Shown one piece after another: positions 50,384-59,271 of a DNA stretch of 63,612 nucleotides; positions within the stretch are counted from its first letter, which is position 1, and the number at the start of each line of letters is the position of its first letter. Source of the stretch: an uncultured Clostridium sp. (lineage in GTDB: Bacteria; Bacillota; Clostridia; TANB77; CAG-508). The translations under genes were made by a program, and so were the position numbers. Location: positions 1-63,612 of the forward strand of contig CABUKD010000005.1 of the NCBI GenBank assembly GCA_902492105.1. The letters are read 5' to 3'. The notes under the pieces are model-generated. The model made no database searches. It had not been told where the DNA came from and saw only the letters and a list, made by a program, of their open reading frames with translations.

Positions 50384-51442
50384 ATGGATAATAAAAAAGA
50401 CTGGAATTTAGAATTATCAGAATATATTAAACAAGGTGAGCCAAATCGAGTAGAAAAGACTAAAACATGGGAAACAGCTATAGGTTTGCAAGATGTAGAT
50501 GGATTAAAGCCTTCAAAATACTTAATTAAAACTGCTAAAGAGCATATTGAAGGAACAATAGATATTGAAGAAGCAAAAACAAGAATAGATGAATATTATG
50601 AAGTTCAAGGAAGTAGAAAAAACTTTGAAAAAGAGAGTGAAGAAGCAGATAAAGTTGCAGTAAGAATAACAGAAATATTGAGCGAAAAAGCATTTAATTT
50701 TTCACCAACTGAATTATTAAATATTCATAAAAGATTATTTAAAAATATATTTGATGGGGCAGGAATATATAGGAATTATAATTTTACAAAAAAAGAATGG
50801 GTATTAAATGGAGATACAGTAATATATGCATCATTTGATACTATAAAAGAAACACTAGAATATGATTTTGAACAAGAAAAAAATTTCTCATATAAAGGTT
50901 TAAGTTTAGAAGAATCTATTAAACATTTATGTAGATTTACATCAAATATATGGCAAGTACACCCTTTTTGTGAAGGAAACACAAGAACAACGGCAGTATT
51001 TTTGATAAAATATTTAAGAACTTTTGGATTTAATATTAATGATGAAGTATTTGCAGAAAATTCATGGTATTTTAGAAATTCATTAGTAAGAGCTAATTAT
51101 AAAAATTTTGAAAAAAATGTATTCGAGGATACTTCATTTTTAGAAAAATTCTTTTATAACTTGCTAACAAATGCTAATTATGAATTAAAAAATAGGTATA
51201 CACATATAGATAATATTCAAAGTGCAAATGAAAATAATTTAAAGGGCAATAATTGCACTTTAGAAGAACAGGCAATAATAAATATATTAAAAATAAATCC
51301 AGCAACTACCCAAGAAGAAATATCAAGACAGATTAATAAGTCTGTAAGAACTGTAAAAAATTATATGGCAGAAATGCAAGAAAAGGGTATAATAGAAAGA
51401 AAAAATGGAAAGAAAAATGGTGAGTGGATAGTAAATGAGTAA
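50384..51442 (+). CDS. Fic/DOC family protein with C-terminal winged-HTH
   Basis: Fic motif HPFCEGNTRTTAVF. C-terminal ..EEISRQINKSVRTVKNYMAEMQEKGIIERKNGKKNGEW.. wHTH. ATG at 50384 with RBS gggaggg. Confidence 0.85.
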   Translation: MDNKKDWNLELSEYIKQGEPNRVEKTKTWETAIGLQDVDGLKPSKYLIKTAKEHIEGTIDIEEAKTRIDEYYEVQGSRKNFEKESEEADKVAVRITEILSEKAFNFSPTELLNIHKRLFKNIFDGAGIYRNYNFTKKEWVLNGDTVIYASFDTIKETLEYDFEQEKNFSYKGLSLEESIKHLCRFTSNIWQVHPFCEGNTRTTAVFLIKYLRTFGFNINDEVFAENSWYFRNSLVRANYKNFEKNVFEDTSFLEKFFYNLLTNANYELKNRYTHIDNIQSANENNLKGNNCTLEEQAIINILKINPATTQEEISRQINKSVRTVKNYMAEMQEKGIIERKNGKKNGEWIVNE

Positions 51443-52421
51443 TAAAAAAGGTATAGCATTTTATTTGGATAGAAAATTTATAGTATATGAAGAAGAAACT
51501 ACAAAAGTGCATTCTATGTTATTAGATTATAATATAGAAGAGTGCTTTGAAAATATAAAAAATATAGTATATTCATATGATAATAATGATATTATTATCA
51601 AAATATTTAGCGATAGTTTAATATTTATTTCGGACAAGAAATATGAAAGCGAAGATTGGGAAAAATCAAAAAATAGACTAATAAAATTAGCTAATATTAT
51701 TTTAGCAATAATGTTTTCTACATCAAGCGAATATCTTAATATGAAAAAGGGAAGTACTACATTTTTTATACATGATAAAGAAATAACTGTAAAAAATATT
51801 ATTCATTGTACTGCTAGTAATGAATATAATGAGATTGAATTTATAGGTTGTAATGGAACAGTAAAATTAGACGATTTGAAACAAAGGGACGATATAAATG
51901 TTTTTGAAAGAAATAATAATACAAGTTTTGTATATGATGTAAAGACTATAAATGAGTTTTTTCAACTATTTGAAAAAAATTTAAATTTAATTATTGATAA
52001 AAAAATAGAAAATATAGTATATATGCTTTATAGAAGTATTTTAGAAACTAAAAAGAGTAATTTTGACATTTCAATATTATTATCTTTTTTCGTTATTGAA
52101 AATGTATTAAGCAATATGTGGGACAATGCTTTGATTGAAAGAGATTTATATAAAAAACTAAAAGATGATATGAATTATACTATTGCTATAAAATCGAATA
52201 TGTTATATATGAATGGAGTTATTTCAAAAGAAGAATTAGATAAAATTGATTTTGCAAGGAAAAAAAGAAATAGTATTGCTCATGCAAATTTTGATTTTCA
52301 AGATAAATTTGACTTTTCAAAAATGTTTAGTATTTCTTCTGAAATATTTTTATTCTCAATAGATTTATTTGCAAAATACTATAATATTAATTTTAAAATG
52401 CAATATGGATTCGAAGGATAA
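51435..52421 (+). CDS. hypothetical protein with C-terminal HEPN-like R-x4-H motif
   Basis: The ATG overlaps the fic stop by 8 nt. ..FARKKRNSIAHANFDF.. resembles the Rx4-6H motif of HEPN/Abi-type RNases. Confidence 0.45.
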   Translation: MSNKKGIAFYLDRKFIVYEEETTKVHSMLLDYNIEECFENIKNIVYSYDNNDIIIKIFSDSLIFISDKKYESEDWEKSKNRLIKLANIILAIMFSTSSEYLNMKKGSTTFFIHDKEITVKNIIHCTASNEYNEIEFIGCNGTVKLDDLKQRDDINVFERNNNTSFVYDVKTINEFFQLFEKNLNLIIDKKIENIVYMLYRSILETKKSNFDISILLSFFVIENVLSNMWDNALIERDLYKKLKDDMNYTIAIKSNMLYMNGVISKEELDKIDFARKKRNSIAHANFDFQDKFDFSKMFSISSEIFLFSIDLFAKYYNINFKMQYGFEG

Positions 52422-52461
52422 AAAATGAATAAATGAAGGCGAGAATTAATCCCGCCTTTTA

Positions 52462-52755
52462 CTACTCATCAAAACATCCCATAACTAATTGTGAGCCATC
52501 AACAAATCCATTTCTATAATACTTTTCATTCCAATAGCATATATAGTCCATAAAATTTTTATCAAGCTTATCCAATTGTTTCTTAACATATTTTTTATTT
52601 TGTTTTGGAACATTTTTTAAAATATTTTCAATTATTTCGTCAAAATTTATATTATGTTTTTTATCTTCGTTAGTTAAATATCCTAATTCAGTTTCCTCCC
52701 TATAACTTAACCATTCTCTTAAAATATCATTATTTACTTCTCTAAAATTATTCAT
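52462..52755 (-). CDS. hypothetical small protein (97 aa)
   Basis: RBS ggagga. Convergent with the preceding gene across a short hairpin (52437-52458). Confidence 0.5.
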   Translation of the reverse strand: MNNFREVNNDILREWLSYREETELGYLTNEDKKHNINFDEIIENILKNVPKQNKKYVKKQLDKLDKNFMDYICYWNEKYYRNGFVDGSQLVMGCFDE

Positions 52756-53131
52756 AACAATCCTCCAATTTTATAAAATTAATATATATATCAAAACGAT
52801 ATAATGAGTGAACTTTTAGTCAATGTGATATAAAAAATTTAAAAATCTTGGGGACACAATGGGGACAAAAGTACCCAAAATTGACTTAAAATCACTTAAA
52901 AATACATAACTTATAAATCAATAAAACCATTGAAATATAAGCAAAAACTATCAATTTCAATAAAATTCAAAAATTGCTGATAATACCCTCATAACCCGAA
53001 GGTAGTATATTTAAATGATATATGCTATAATATCTTTAGCAATAATACAAAAGCCAAAGATACAAAATACATTTTAAAAAACTAAACAGATATAAAATAA
53101 AAGAAAAAATTAAGAATAGGGAGAAAAATTT

Positions 53132-53710
53132 ATGGAATTAAAAGAAAAAATTGAAAAATATCAGCCATATAATGAACAAGAAGCAAAAGATAAACAAACA
53201 ATGTTAAAATACATAGATACCTTTGAAGATGTACTTACAAGAAATAATGAATTTGGACATTTTACAGCATCAGCATGGACGTTAAATCAGGAAAGGACGA
53301 AAGTACTAATGGTATATCATAATATATATCAATCATGGGCCTGGACTGGTGGACATGCAGATGGAGAAAGTAATTTATTAGAAGTAGCTATTAGAGAGCT
53401 AAAAGAAGAAACTGGAGTAAAAAATGTAAAAGTTCTTAACGATAACATATTTTCCTTAGAAATTATTTGTGTTAATGGACATGTTAAAAGAGGAAAATAT
53501 ATTTCGTCACATCAACATTTAAATTTAACTTATCTTTTGGAAGTGGATGAAAAAGAAATTTTGAAAATGAAAGAAGACGAAAATAGTGGCGTAAAATGGA
53601 TAAATCTGGAAGATGTAGAAAAAGCTTCTAACGAAAAATGGATGATAGAAAATGTATATCAAAAACTAAATGATAAATTGAAGAATATGAAATATATTGA
53701 GAATAATTAA
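53132..53710 (+). CDS. NUDIX hydrolase
   Basis: Nudix box GGHADGESNLLEVAIRELKEETGV. A terminator hairpin lies at 53731-53762. Confidence 0.85.
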   Translation: MELKEKIEKYQPYNEQEAKDKQTMLKYIDTFEDVLTRNNEFGHFTASAWTLNQERTKVLMVYHNIYQSWAWTGGHADGESNLLEVAIRELKEETGVKNVKVLNDNIFSLEIICVNGHVKRGKYISSHQHLNLTYLLEVDEKEILKMKEDENSGVKWINLEDVEKASNEKWMIENVYQKLNDKLKNMKYIENN

Positions 53711-53855
53711 AATTTGTGTTATAAACTAAGAAAGAAGATAAAATTTAACTTTATCTTCTTTTACTAATATATTTATATTAAGATTTTACTGATTGTCATG
53801 GAATTTTTGTATATTCCACAATTCATATCCTAATATTTTACTATTAAAAAATATG

Positions 53856-54094
53856 GTAACTGTTTAACTAGTTTATATTAATACTTAAAATCAGAATTTG
53901 TTTTATCTTTATGTGAGCAACTAATATTTACATTCTAATATAATTTATATTAATACTTTATGTTAGTAGCAATAGCACAATCTAAAAATCTGTTATTTAC
54001 ATTCTAATATATTTAAATTATTACGATATGCCGGAATAATAATAAAAATAGCAACCAATAACACTTTTACATTCTACTATATTTAAATTACCTT
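53856..54094 (-). CRISPR. degenerate orphan mini-CRISPR, inverted relative to the main array
   Basis: Three clear copies of the reverse-complemented repeat: 53926-53956, 53995-54024 (27/30 match) and 54065-54094 (26/30). Spacers are 38-40 nt. At least one more decayed copy lies near 53856-53885. Decay increases with distance from 54094. Confidence 0.55.
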
Positions 54095-54559
54095 CTAATA
54101 AATTGTCTTATTTTCCTCTTTATATCTCTCAAAAACATCTATACATTTATCCCTATCAATTTGATGCAAAATTATGGCATTTTTATTTTTACCTTCCAAA
54201 TATTCATAAATAAAGTCATCTCTAAATCCAATATCTGCAGCATCTTCACGAGTACATGCATAGTAAATGTCCTTAATATTTGCCCATATAGCGGCAGACA
54301 AGCACATTGGGCAAGGTTCGCAAGAGGTATACAAAATATAATTAGATAAATCATATGTATTAAGCTTTTCACATGCTTTACGTATAGCCATAACTTCTGC
54401 ATGAGCAGTAGGGTCATTATTTTTTAATACTTGATTGTTTCCTACAGAAATTACATTACCTTCCTTGTCTGTTATAACGGCACCAAATGGACCTCCTTCG
54501 TCTAAGTTCACTCCATTTTCAGCAGCTTCTTTTGCAATTTTCATAAATTGATTCATCAT
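54095..54559 (-). CDS. guaD: guanine deaminase-like CDA-fold deaminase
   Basis: ..GGPFGAVI...DPTAHAEV.AIRKAC...LYTSCEPCPMCL.AI.WA.. closely follows B. subtilis GuaD, including the HAE and PCxxC zinc motifs. Confidence 0.75.
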   Translation of the reverse strand: MMNQFMKIAKEAAENGVNLDEGGPFGAVITDKEGNVISVGNNQVLKNNDPTAHAEVMAIRKACEKLNTYDLSNYILYTSCEPCPMCLSAAIWANIKDIYYACTREDAADIGFRDDFIYEYLEGKNKNAIILHQIDRDKCIDVFERYKEENKTIY

Positions 54560-54760
54560 TACTTACCATTCCTTTCTTTTACTTTGTCAGTATACGGCTA
54601 CAAATGACACAAAATCTTTCGAAATTCTTTACTCTATTACTATAAATGAATAGTTATCTTGCGATATCTCATCTATTTTAATGTTCCTATTCAATATTTA
54701 GCAATTTAATTATAGCATAATCATGTAAGAACGAAAATAGTACATCAGAAAATAATTCAA

Positions 54761-54789
54761 TTGACAGCTTATAAATAATATGATAAATA
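54761..54789 (+). promoter_or_regulatory. candidate promoter of the cas operon
   Basis: TTGACA (54761) - 17 nt - TAAATA, with TG at -15/-14. Confidence 0.45.
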
Positions 54790-54885
54790 TATACTAAAAT
54801 AGTCCATACAAAAAGTAACATTTTACAACTAATTTATACAAAGGAAGGATAAAATAATTAAATTCATAAAAAAGAAGGTGAAAAA

Positions 54886-55605
54886 ATGAGATTCAAATTT
54901 TTATTTACACTAGCGAATGAAAAATTTCCTATTCAATACCGTAAAAGTATTATGAGCTTTATCAAAATATCTTTACAAGGCTATAACGAAGAAGCATTCA
55001 ATAATTTATATCATGAAAAAGATCCTATTATAAAGCCATACACTTTTGCTGTATTCTTTAAAAATCCAAAGTTTGAAAAAGACTTTATTCTACTAGAAGA
55101 TAAAAAAATGGAATTAAATTTTTCAATTCAAGACTATAATATTGCAATTAATATCTATAACAGCTTTAATCATCAACTTCATAAGTCATTTCCGCTAATT
55201 CAAAATTCTATGACTTTACAAAAGATTTCTATTATTCCAGAAAAGCAGATAAAAGCAGATGAAATTTTAGTAAAATTCATGTCCCCTTTAGTAGTAAGGG
55301 AGCATAATAGTGAAACGAAAAAAGACTATTATTATTCATTCCAACATGAAAAATTTCAAGAAATGTTAAGAATTAATATTAGAGAAGAAATAAAAAATAC
55401 AGACATCCCAGAAAAATTAGTAGAAACTTTTTCAATTGAAGAGGTAAATGGTAAAAAAGCAGTTATTAAATTTTATGAAAAACAAATAGAAACATCTTTG
55501 GGCACTTTTAAATTAAAGGGAAATCCAGAACTACTAGATTATTTGTACAAAGCAGGAATTGGAAGTAAAAGAAGTAGTGGATTTGGTATGTTTACTATTA
55601 TATAA
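54886..55605 (+). CDS. cas6: CRISPR endoribonuclease Cas6
   Basis: 239 aa. C-terminal glycine-rich loop ..GIGSKRSSGFGMF.. . First gene of the cas operon. Confidence 0.85.
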   Translation: MRFKFLFTLANEKFPIQYRKSIMSFIKISLQGYNEEAFNNLYHEKDPIIKPYTFAVFFKNPKFEKDFILLEDKKMELNFSIQDYNIAINIYNSFNHQLHKSFPLIQNSMTLQKISIIPEKQIKADEILVKFMSPLVVREHNSETKKDYYYSFQHEKFQEMLRINIREEIKNTDIPEKLVETFSIEEVNGKKAVIKFYEKQIETSLGTFKLKGNPELLDYLYKAGIGSKRSSGFGMFTII

Positions 55606-55620
55606 AGAAAGGAGGAAAAC

Positions 55621-57477
55621 ATGAAAACAAAACTAGAGTTAAATGATTGGTTCTATAATGCTGGTCTAATTGGGTTTTTAAGAATTATGGAAAAATATAA
55701 AAAAGATGCAATAGTAATTCAAGATAACTACATAGAATTTGATACCAATTCATTAAAAGAATTTCATCAATACTATTTCCAATACTTATTTGAAATATAT
55801 GATATAGCCAAAACTATGGAAAAAAGAATGGATGAGTCTTTTAATAGAATGAAGCAATATCTAGAAATACAAAGTAAAGATAAAAAAGAATTAAACGAAA
55901 CAAAAGAAAGATTAAAGAAAGAAAAAAAATACATTAAAGATAGCATTAAAAAGCAAATGGATAAAATTAAAAAATTTGACCAGAAAACTGAAAATGAAAT
56001 ATCAGAGGAATATAACAAAATAGACGCAATTAAAGAAAAAGAACAAATAGAAGAATTAGAAAGTATATTTAACAAAATAGAACAGTGCCTATATAAAGAC
56101 CATATTAATAAAAAGGTAACTACAAATTTATTTAAAAGTATTTTAAGTAATAAATACTTTGGGCAACCATCTTTCCTTAATGTAGTAAAAAACAGTGCAT
56201 CTTATGAAGAACAAGTGAATTTAATGTACCGAGATTATATAAGTAATATTATAGAAACAGGATATTTAAAAGATTTTATAGACGACAAATATACTTTAGA
56301 AAATTTGAAAGAACATATAGAAAATTTAAATCAGGAATTAATCACTAAAGAAATGCTTAAAATTTATACAGATATTAAGAAAAAATACATAGAAAAAGGT
56401 AAGCAAATAAATGAAATAAAGGAGTATATAGAAAAAGATGTATTTAAAATATGCTACTTATGTACAGATAAACATTGCATTACAAGTAACTATTCGGAAA
56501 GTAACTTTTTGCCAATAGCTGTAAGTAGCGACAATATGAAAAATTTCTTTTGGAATCAAAAAATAAGTTACCAAATTTGCGATATATGTAAGTTAATTAT
56601 GTTTTGTATTCCAATGGGGTTAACAACCATTACAAAAATTACTAGAGATAATCAAAAATATGAGGAAAAGGATATATTAAGTTTTGTAAATTACGATACA
56701 AGTATTGAAAATTTATTAAAGACCAATAACAATTTTGCAAGTAAATCCAAAAGAGATAGATATATGGATAGCCCTTATGCAGACCTTCTAATAGACATTG
56801 TAGAGCAGGAAAAAGATATAAGCAAATGGCAGTTAGAAAATATATTTGTAGTTGAGATTGATGCCGAATATTTAGCATATAGTAGGATTGAATATTTTCG
56901 TATAACAAGACCTGTAGCAATATTTTTTAAAGAATATGCAGATAAAAGTTTAATGAAAATAAAGGACTACAGATTCAAAACGCAAATGGTAGACAAAATT
57001 ATGAAAAATAAGGATACAAAATATATCATAAATGACAAAATTAGAGATGTTATAAAAAATAAATATGGTGGATATGAAACATTTTTAGCTTCAAAAACAA
57101 GGATGGAAATAAAATCAATCCAGAAAGGAGAAAGAAATATGAGTGAAATGGAAAAGAAAAACAAAAAATTAATTGCTCTATATTCAATTGGTACAGAAAT
57201 TCATGAAGAACTAAAGAAAAAAGGTACAGAAAATAAATTGGATGGATATGTTTACAAGATGTTAAACTGTGTAAAAACAGGAAATAAAAAAGAATTTATG
57301 GATAATGTAATTAGATTACACATGGCTCTTGGTAAAGATGTATCTCCAATATTTTTGGATGTAATGAAAGAAGAGCAATTTGACTTTGCTACAATCGGAC
57401 ATAGCTTTTTGTCAGGACTAGCATCAAACAAATTTGAAAATAAGACGACAAATACTAATGAATCGATTGATGAATAA
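55621..57477 (+). CDS. cas8b: type I-B large subunit Cas8b (Cst1-like, CXXC-CXXC)
   Basis: N-terminus ..NDWFYNAGLIGFLRI.. . Cys pairs CYLCTDKHC and CDICKLIMFC. Positioned between cas6 and cas7. Confidence 0.8.
   Translation: MKTKLELNDWFYNAGLIGFLRIMEKYKKDAIVIQDNYIEFDTNSLKEFHQYYFQYLFEIYDIAKTMEKRMDESFNRMKQYLEIQSKDKKELNETKERLKKEKKYIKDSIKKQMDKIKKFDQKTENEISEEYNKIDAIKEKEQIEELESIFNKIEQCLYKDHINKKVTTNLFKSILSNKYFGQPSFLNVVKNSASYEEQVNLMYRDYISNIIETGYLKDFIDDKYTLENLKEHIENLNQELITKEMLKIYTDIKKKYIEKGKQINEIKEYIEKDVFKICYLCTDKHCITSNYSESNFLPIAVSSDNMKNFFWNQKISYQICDICKLIMFCIPMGLTTITKITRDNQKYEEKDILSFVNYDTSIENLLKTNNNFASKSKRDRYMDSPYADLLIDIVEQEKDISKWQLENIFVVEIDAEYLAYSRIEYFRITRPVAIFFKEYADKSLMKIKDYRFKTQMVDKIMKNKDTKYIINDKIRDVIKNKYGGYETFLASKTRMEIKSIQKGERNMSEMEKKNKKLIALYSIGTEIHEELKKKGTENKLDGYVYKMLNCVKTGNKKEFMDNVIRLHMALGKDVSPIFLDVMKEEQFDFATIGHSFLSGLASNKFENKTTNTNESIDE
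57139..57477 (+). CDS. possible internally translated small subunit (Cas11b) from the cas8b 3' end
   Basis: The in-frame ATG at 57139 is preceded by AAAGGAG with 8-nt spacing, inside cas8b. It would give a 112-aa helical product. Confidence 0.35.
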   Translation: MSEMEKKNKKLIALYSIGTEIHEELKKKGTENKLDGYVYKMLNCVKTGNKKEFMDNVIRLHMALGKDVSPIFLDVMKEEQFDFATIGHSFLSGLASNKFENKTTNTNESIDE

Positions 57478-57592
57478 CTAATATAAATTTATAAAAATTA
57501 AGTATAAAAAAATACAAAATTCTAAAATATAAAAAATATATTTTACTTGTAAACAGTATATCTCAAATATAGAAAATAAGGAGGAAATAATA

Positions 57593-58507
57593 ATGAATAG
57601 TAAAGGATTAACTTTAACAATTATTTTTAAAGCACAAAGCTTAAATTACGGAGAAGGAATTGGAAATATATCAGAGTTAAAAAAATTAGCTAGAGGTAAT
57701 GGAAATGTGTACACATTTGCCTCAAGACAAGCATTAAGATATGATATTGCAAGAATTGGAAATAAGTTATACAACTGGAATTTAGAAGTTGTAGACAAAG
57801 AGAAAGGTACAATACAATTTAAAGATGAATTAAATATTAAAGATTCTCAAGAAATGGATCTATTTGGTTATATGAAAACATCTAAAAAATCTGCAGAAAA
57901 TGAAGATGGAGGTTCCGAAACAAGAAGTGCAGCTGTAAGACTAAGCCATGCTCTTTCACTAGAAGAATATAAGAGTGATATGGACTTTTTAACGAATAAA
58001 GGATTAGCAGATAGAATAGATGAATTTCCTAACTTAGCAAATGTAGAGCAACATTTAAGTTATTATACATATACAGTAACAGTAGACTTACCAAGAGTTG
58101 GAAAAGACGGAAATATAGAACTTAGCCAAGAAGAAAAAACAAATAGAGTATTACAATTACTAGAAATTATAAAAATACTAAATAGAGATATTAGAGGAAG
58201 AGAAGAAAATTTAAGCCCATTGTTTATAGTAGGAGGAATTTACAATATTAATACGCCGTTCTTTTTAGGAAGAATAAAACTAGAAGCAAAAGGTGAAGAT
58301 TTTAAAATAGATACTAAAATTTTAGAATCTGCAATGGAACTTAAGATAGGAGAAAATAGTGTAAAAGAAAATACTTTTGCAGGAATCGTTCCAAATGAAT
58401 TCAAAAATGAGGAAGAATTAAAAGAACTATTCGGAGATAAAATGCTTAGTATACAAGAATTCTTTGACAAAATCGAAAGAGAAGTAAAAGAATATTATGC
58501 AGAATAA
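57593..58507 (+). CDS. cas7: type I-B Cas7 (Cst2/DevR family)
   Basis: ..LTIIFKAQSLNYGEGIGNISELKK......YTFASRQALRYDI.. is typical of Cst2/DevR. Confidence 0.85.
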   Translation: MNSKGLTLTIIFKAQSLNYGEGIGNISELKKLARGNGNVYTFASRQALRYDIARIGNKLYNWNLEVVDKEKGTIQFKDELNIKDSQEMDLFGYMKTSKKSAENEDGGSETRSAAVRLSHALSLEEYKSDMDFLTNKGLADRIDEFPNLANVEQHLSYYTYTVTVDLPRVGKDGNIELSQEEKTNRVLQLLEIIKILNRDIRGREENLSPLFIVGGIYNINTPFFLGRIKLEAKGEDFKIDTKILESAMELKIGENSVKENTFAGIVPNEFKNEEELKELFGDKMLSIQEFFDKIEREVKEYYAE

Positions 58508-58537
58508 ATAATGCTACTATTTAGAAAGGAATGGTGA

Positions 58538-59194
58538 TTGATTTTGAAAATATTAAAATTAAATCTTTTTCAAGAAACAGCATGTTATAAGAAACCATTG
58601 GCTTTAAAAGTAGCAGAAACTTATCCATTACCACCATATTCCACTGTAATTGGAATGTTTCATAAAATATTACAAGCAAAACCTGGTGAATATTTTGATA
58701 TGAATATATCTGTTCAAGGGGAATATGAAAGTATTTTTAGCAATTATCAAAATTTAAGAATGTATAAAGGAAAAGATAAAGTAACAGCAATGCCAAGAAA
58801 TGTACACCAACTTTTAAATGTCAACCTAGTAATCCATGTACAAGCAGAAGATGAGGTAATTGATAAAATCTATCAAAACATGGTAAATGGAGAAGAAACA
58901 TTTTCATTAGGAAGACATGAAGATATGGTTAGAATAGATGGAATAAAGTATGTAAAAAATGTAGAACAAGTAAAAAGGGACCAAGCTAACAGAAATGCAT
59001 ATGTACCCCTAGACAATCTAGGAGAGGACATGCCAGGTATTAATTATAACCTTAATACAGTATATCATATAACTCCAGACGAACTAAGAAGATATGAAAA
59101 AGTAAAAGTAAAATATATAGAAGAAGACAGCAACATACTATTAAAAAATGTTTTAAAAGATGAGGATGGAGATTATATTATATTTTACAAATAA
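58538..59194 (+). CDS. cas5: Cas5 (Cas5t-like)
   Basis: 218 aa. ..FQETACYKKP....ETYPLPPYSTVIGM.. N-terminal Cas5 signature. TTG start 7 nt after aagga. Confidence 0.8.
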   Translation: MILKILKLNLFQETACYKKPLALKVAETYPLPPYSTVIGMFHKILQAKPGEYFDMNISVQGEYESIFSNYQNLRMYKGKDKVTAMPRNVHQLLNVNLVIHVQAEDEVIDKIYQNMVNGEETFSLGRHEDMVRIDGIKYVKNVEQVKRDQANRNAYVPLDNLGEDMPGINYNLNTVYHITPDELRRYEKVKVKYIEEDSNILLKNVLKDEDGDYIIFYK

Positions 59195-59271
59195 CTATAT
59201 AATAAAATTGTAAATGATATAAGAAAAATGAAAATATTAAAGAAGTTTCTTTAGATTAAGGGGGGAGAAAA

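Noticed and set aside
52988-53003. The distal 16-nt repeat as a chance match.
   Set aside because: An exact 16-mer shared with the tRNA anticodon arm, at the far side of an int-to-relaxase gene set, is very unlikely by chance. It is kept as the provisional element boundary, with the caveats stated in the finding.
54560-54760. A guanine/purine riboswitch upstream of the guaD-like gene.
   Set aside because: One might be expected from the gene's function. However, the leader lacks the conserved purine-riboswitch junction and loop sequences (UAUAAU..., UUUCUACC...CCGUAAAU...GACUAUG), and only a weak hairpin is present.
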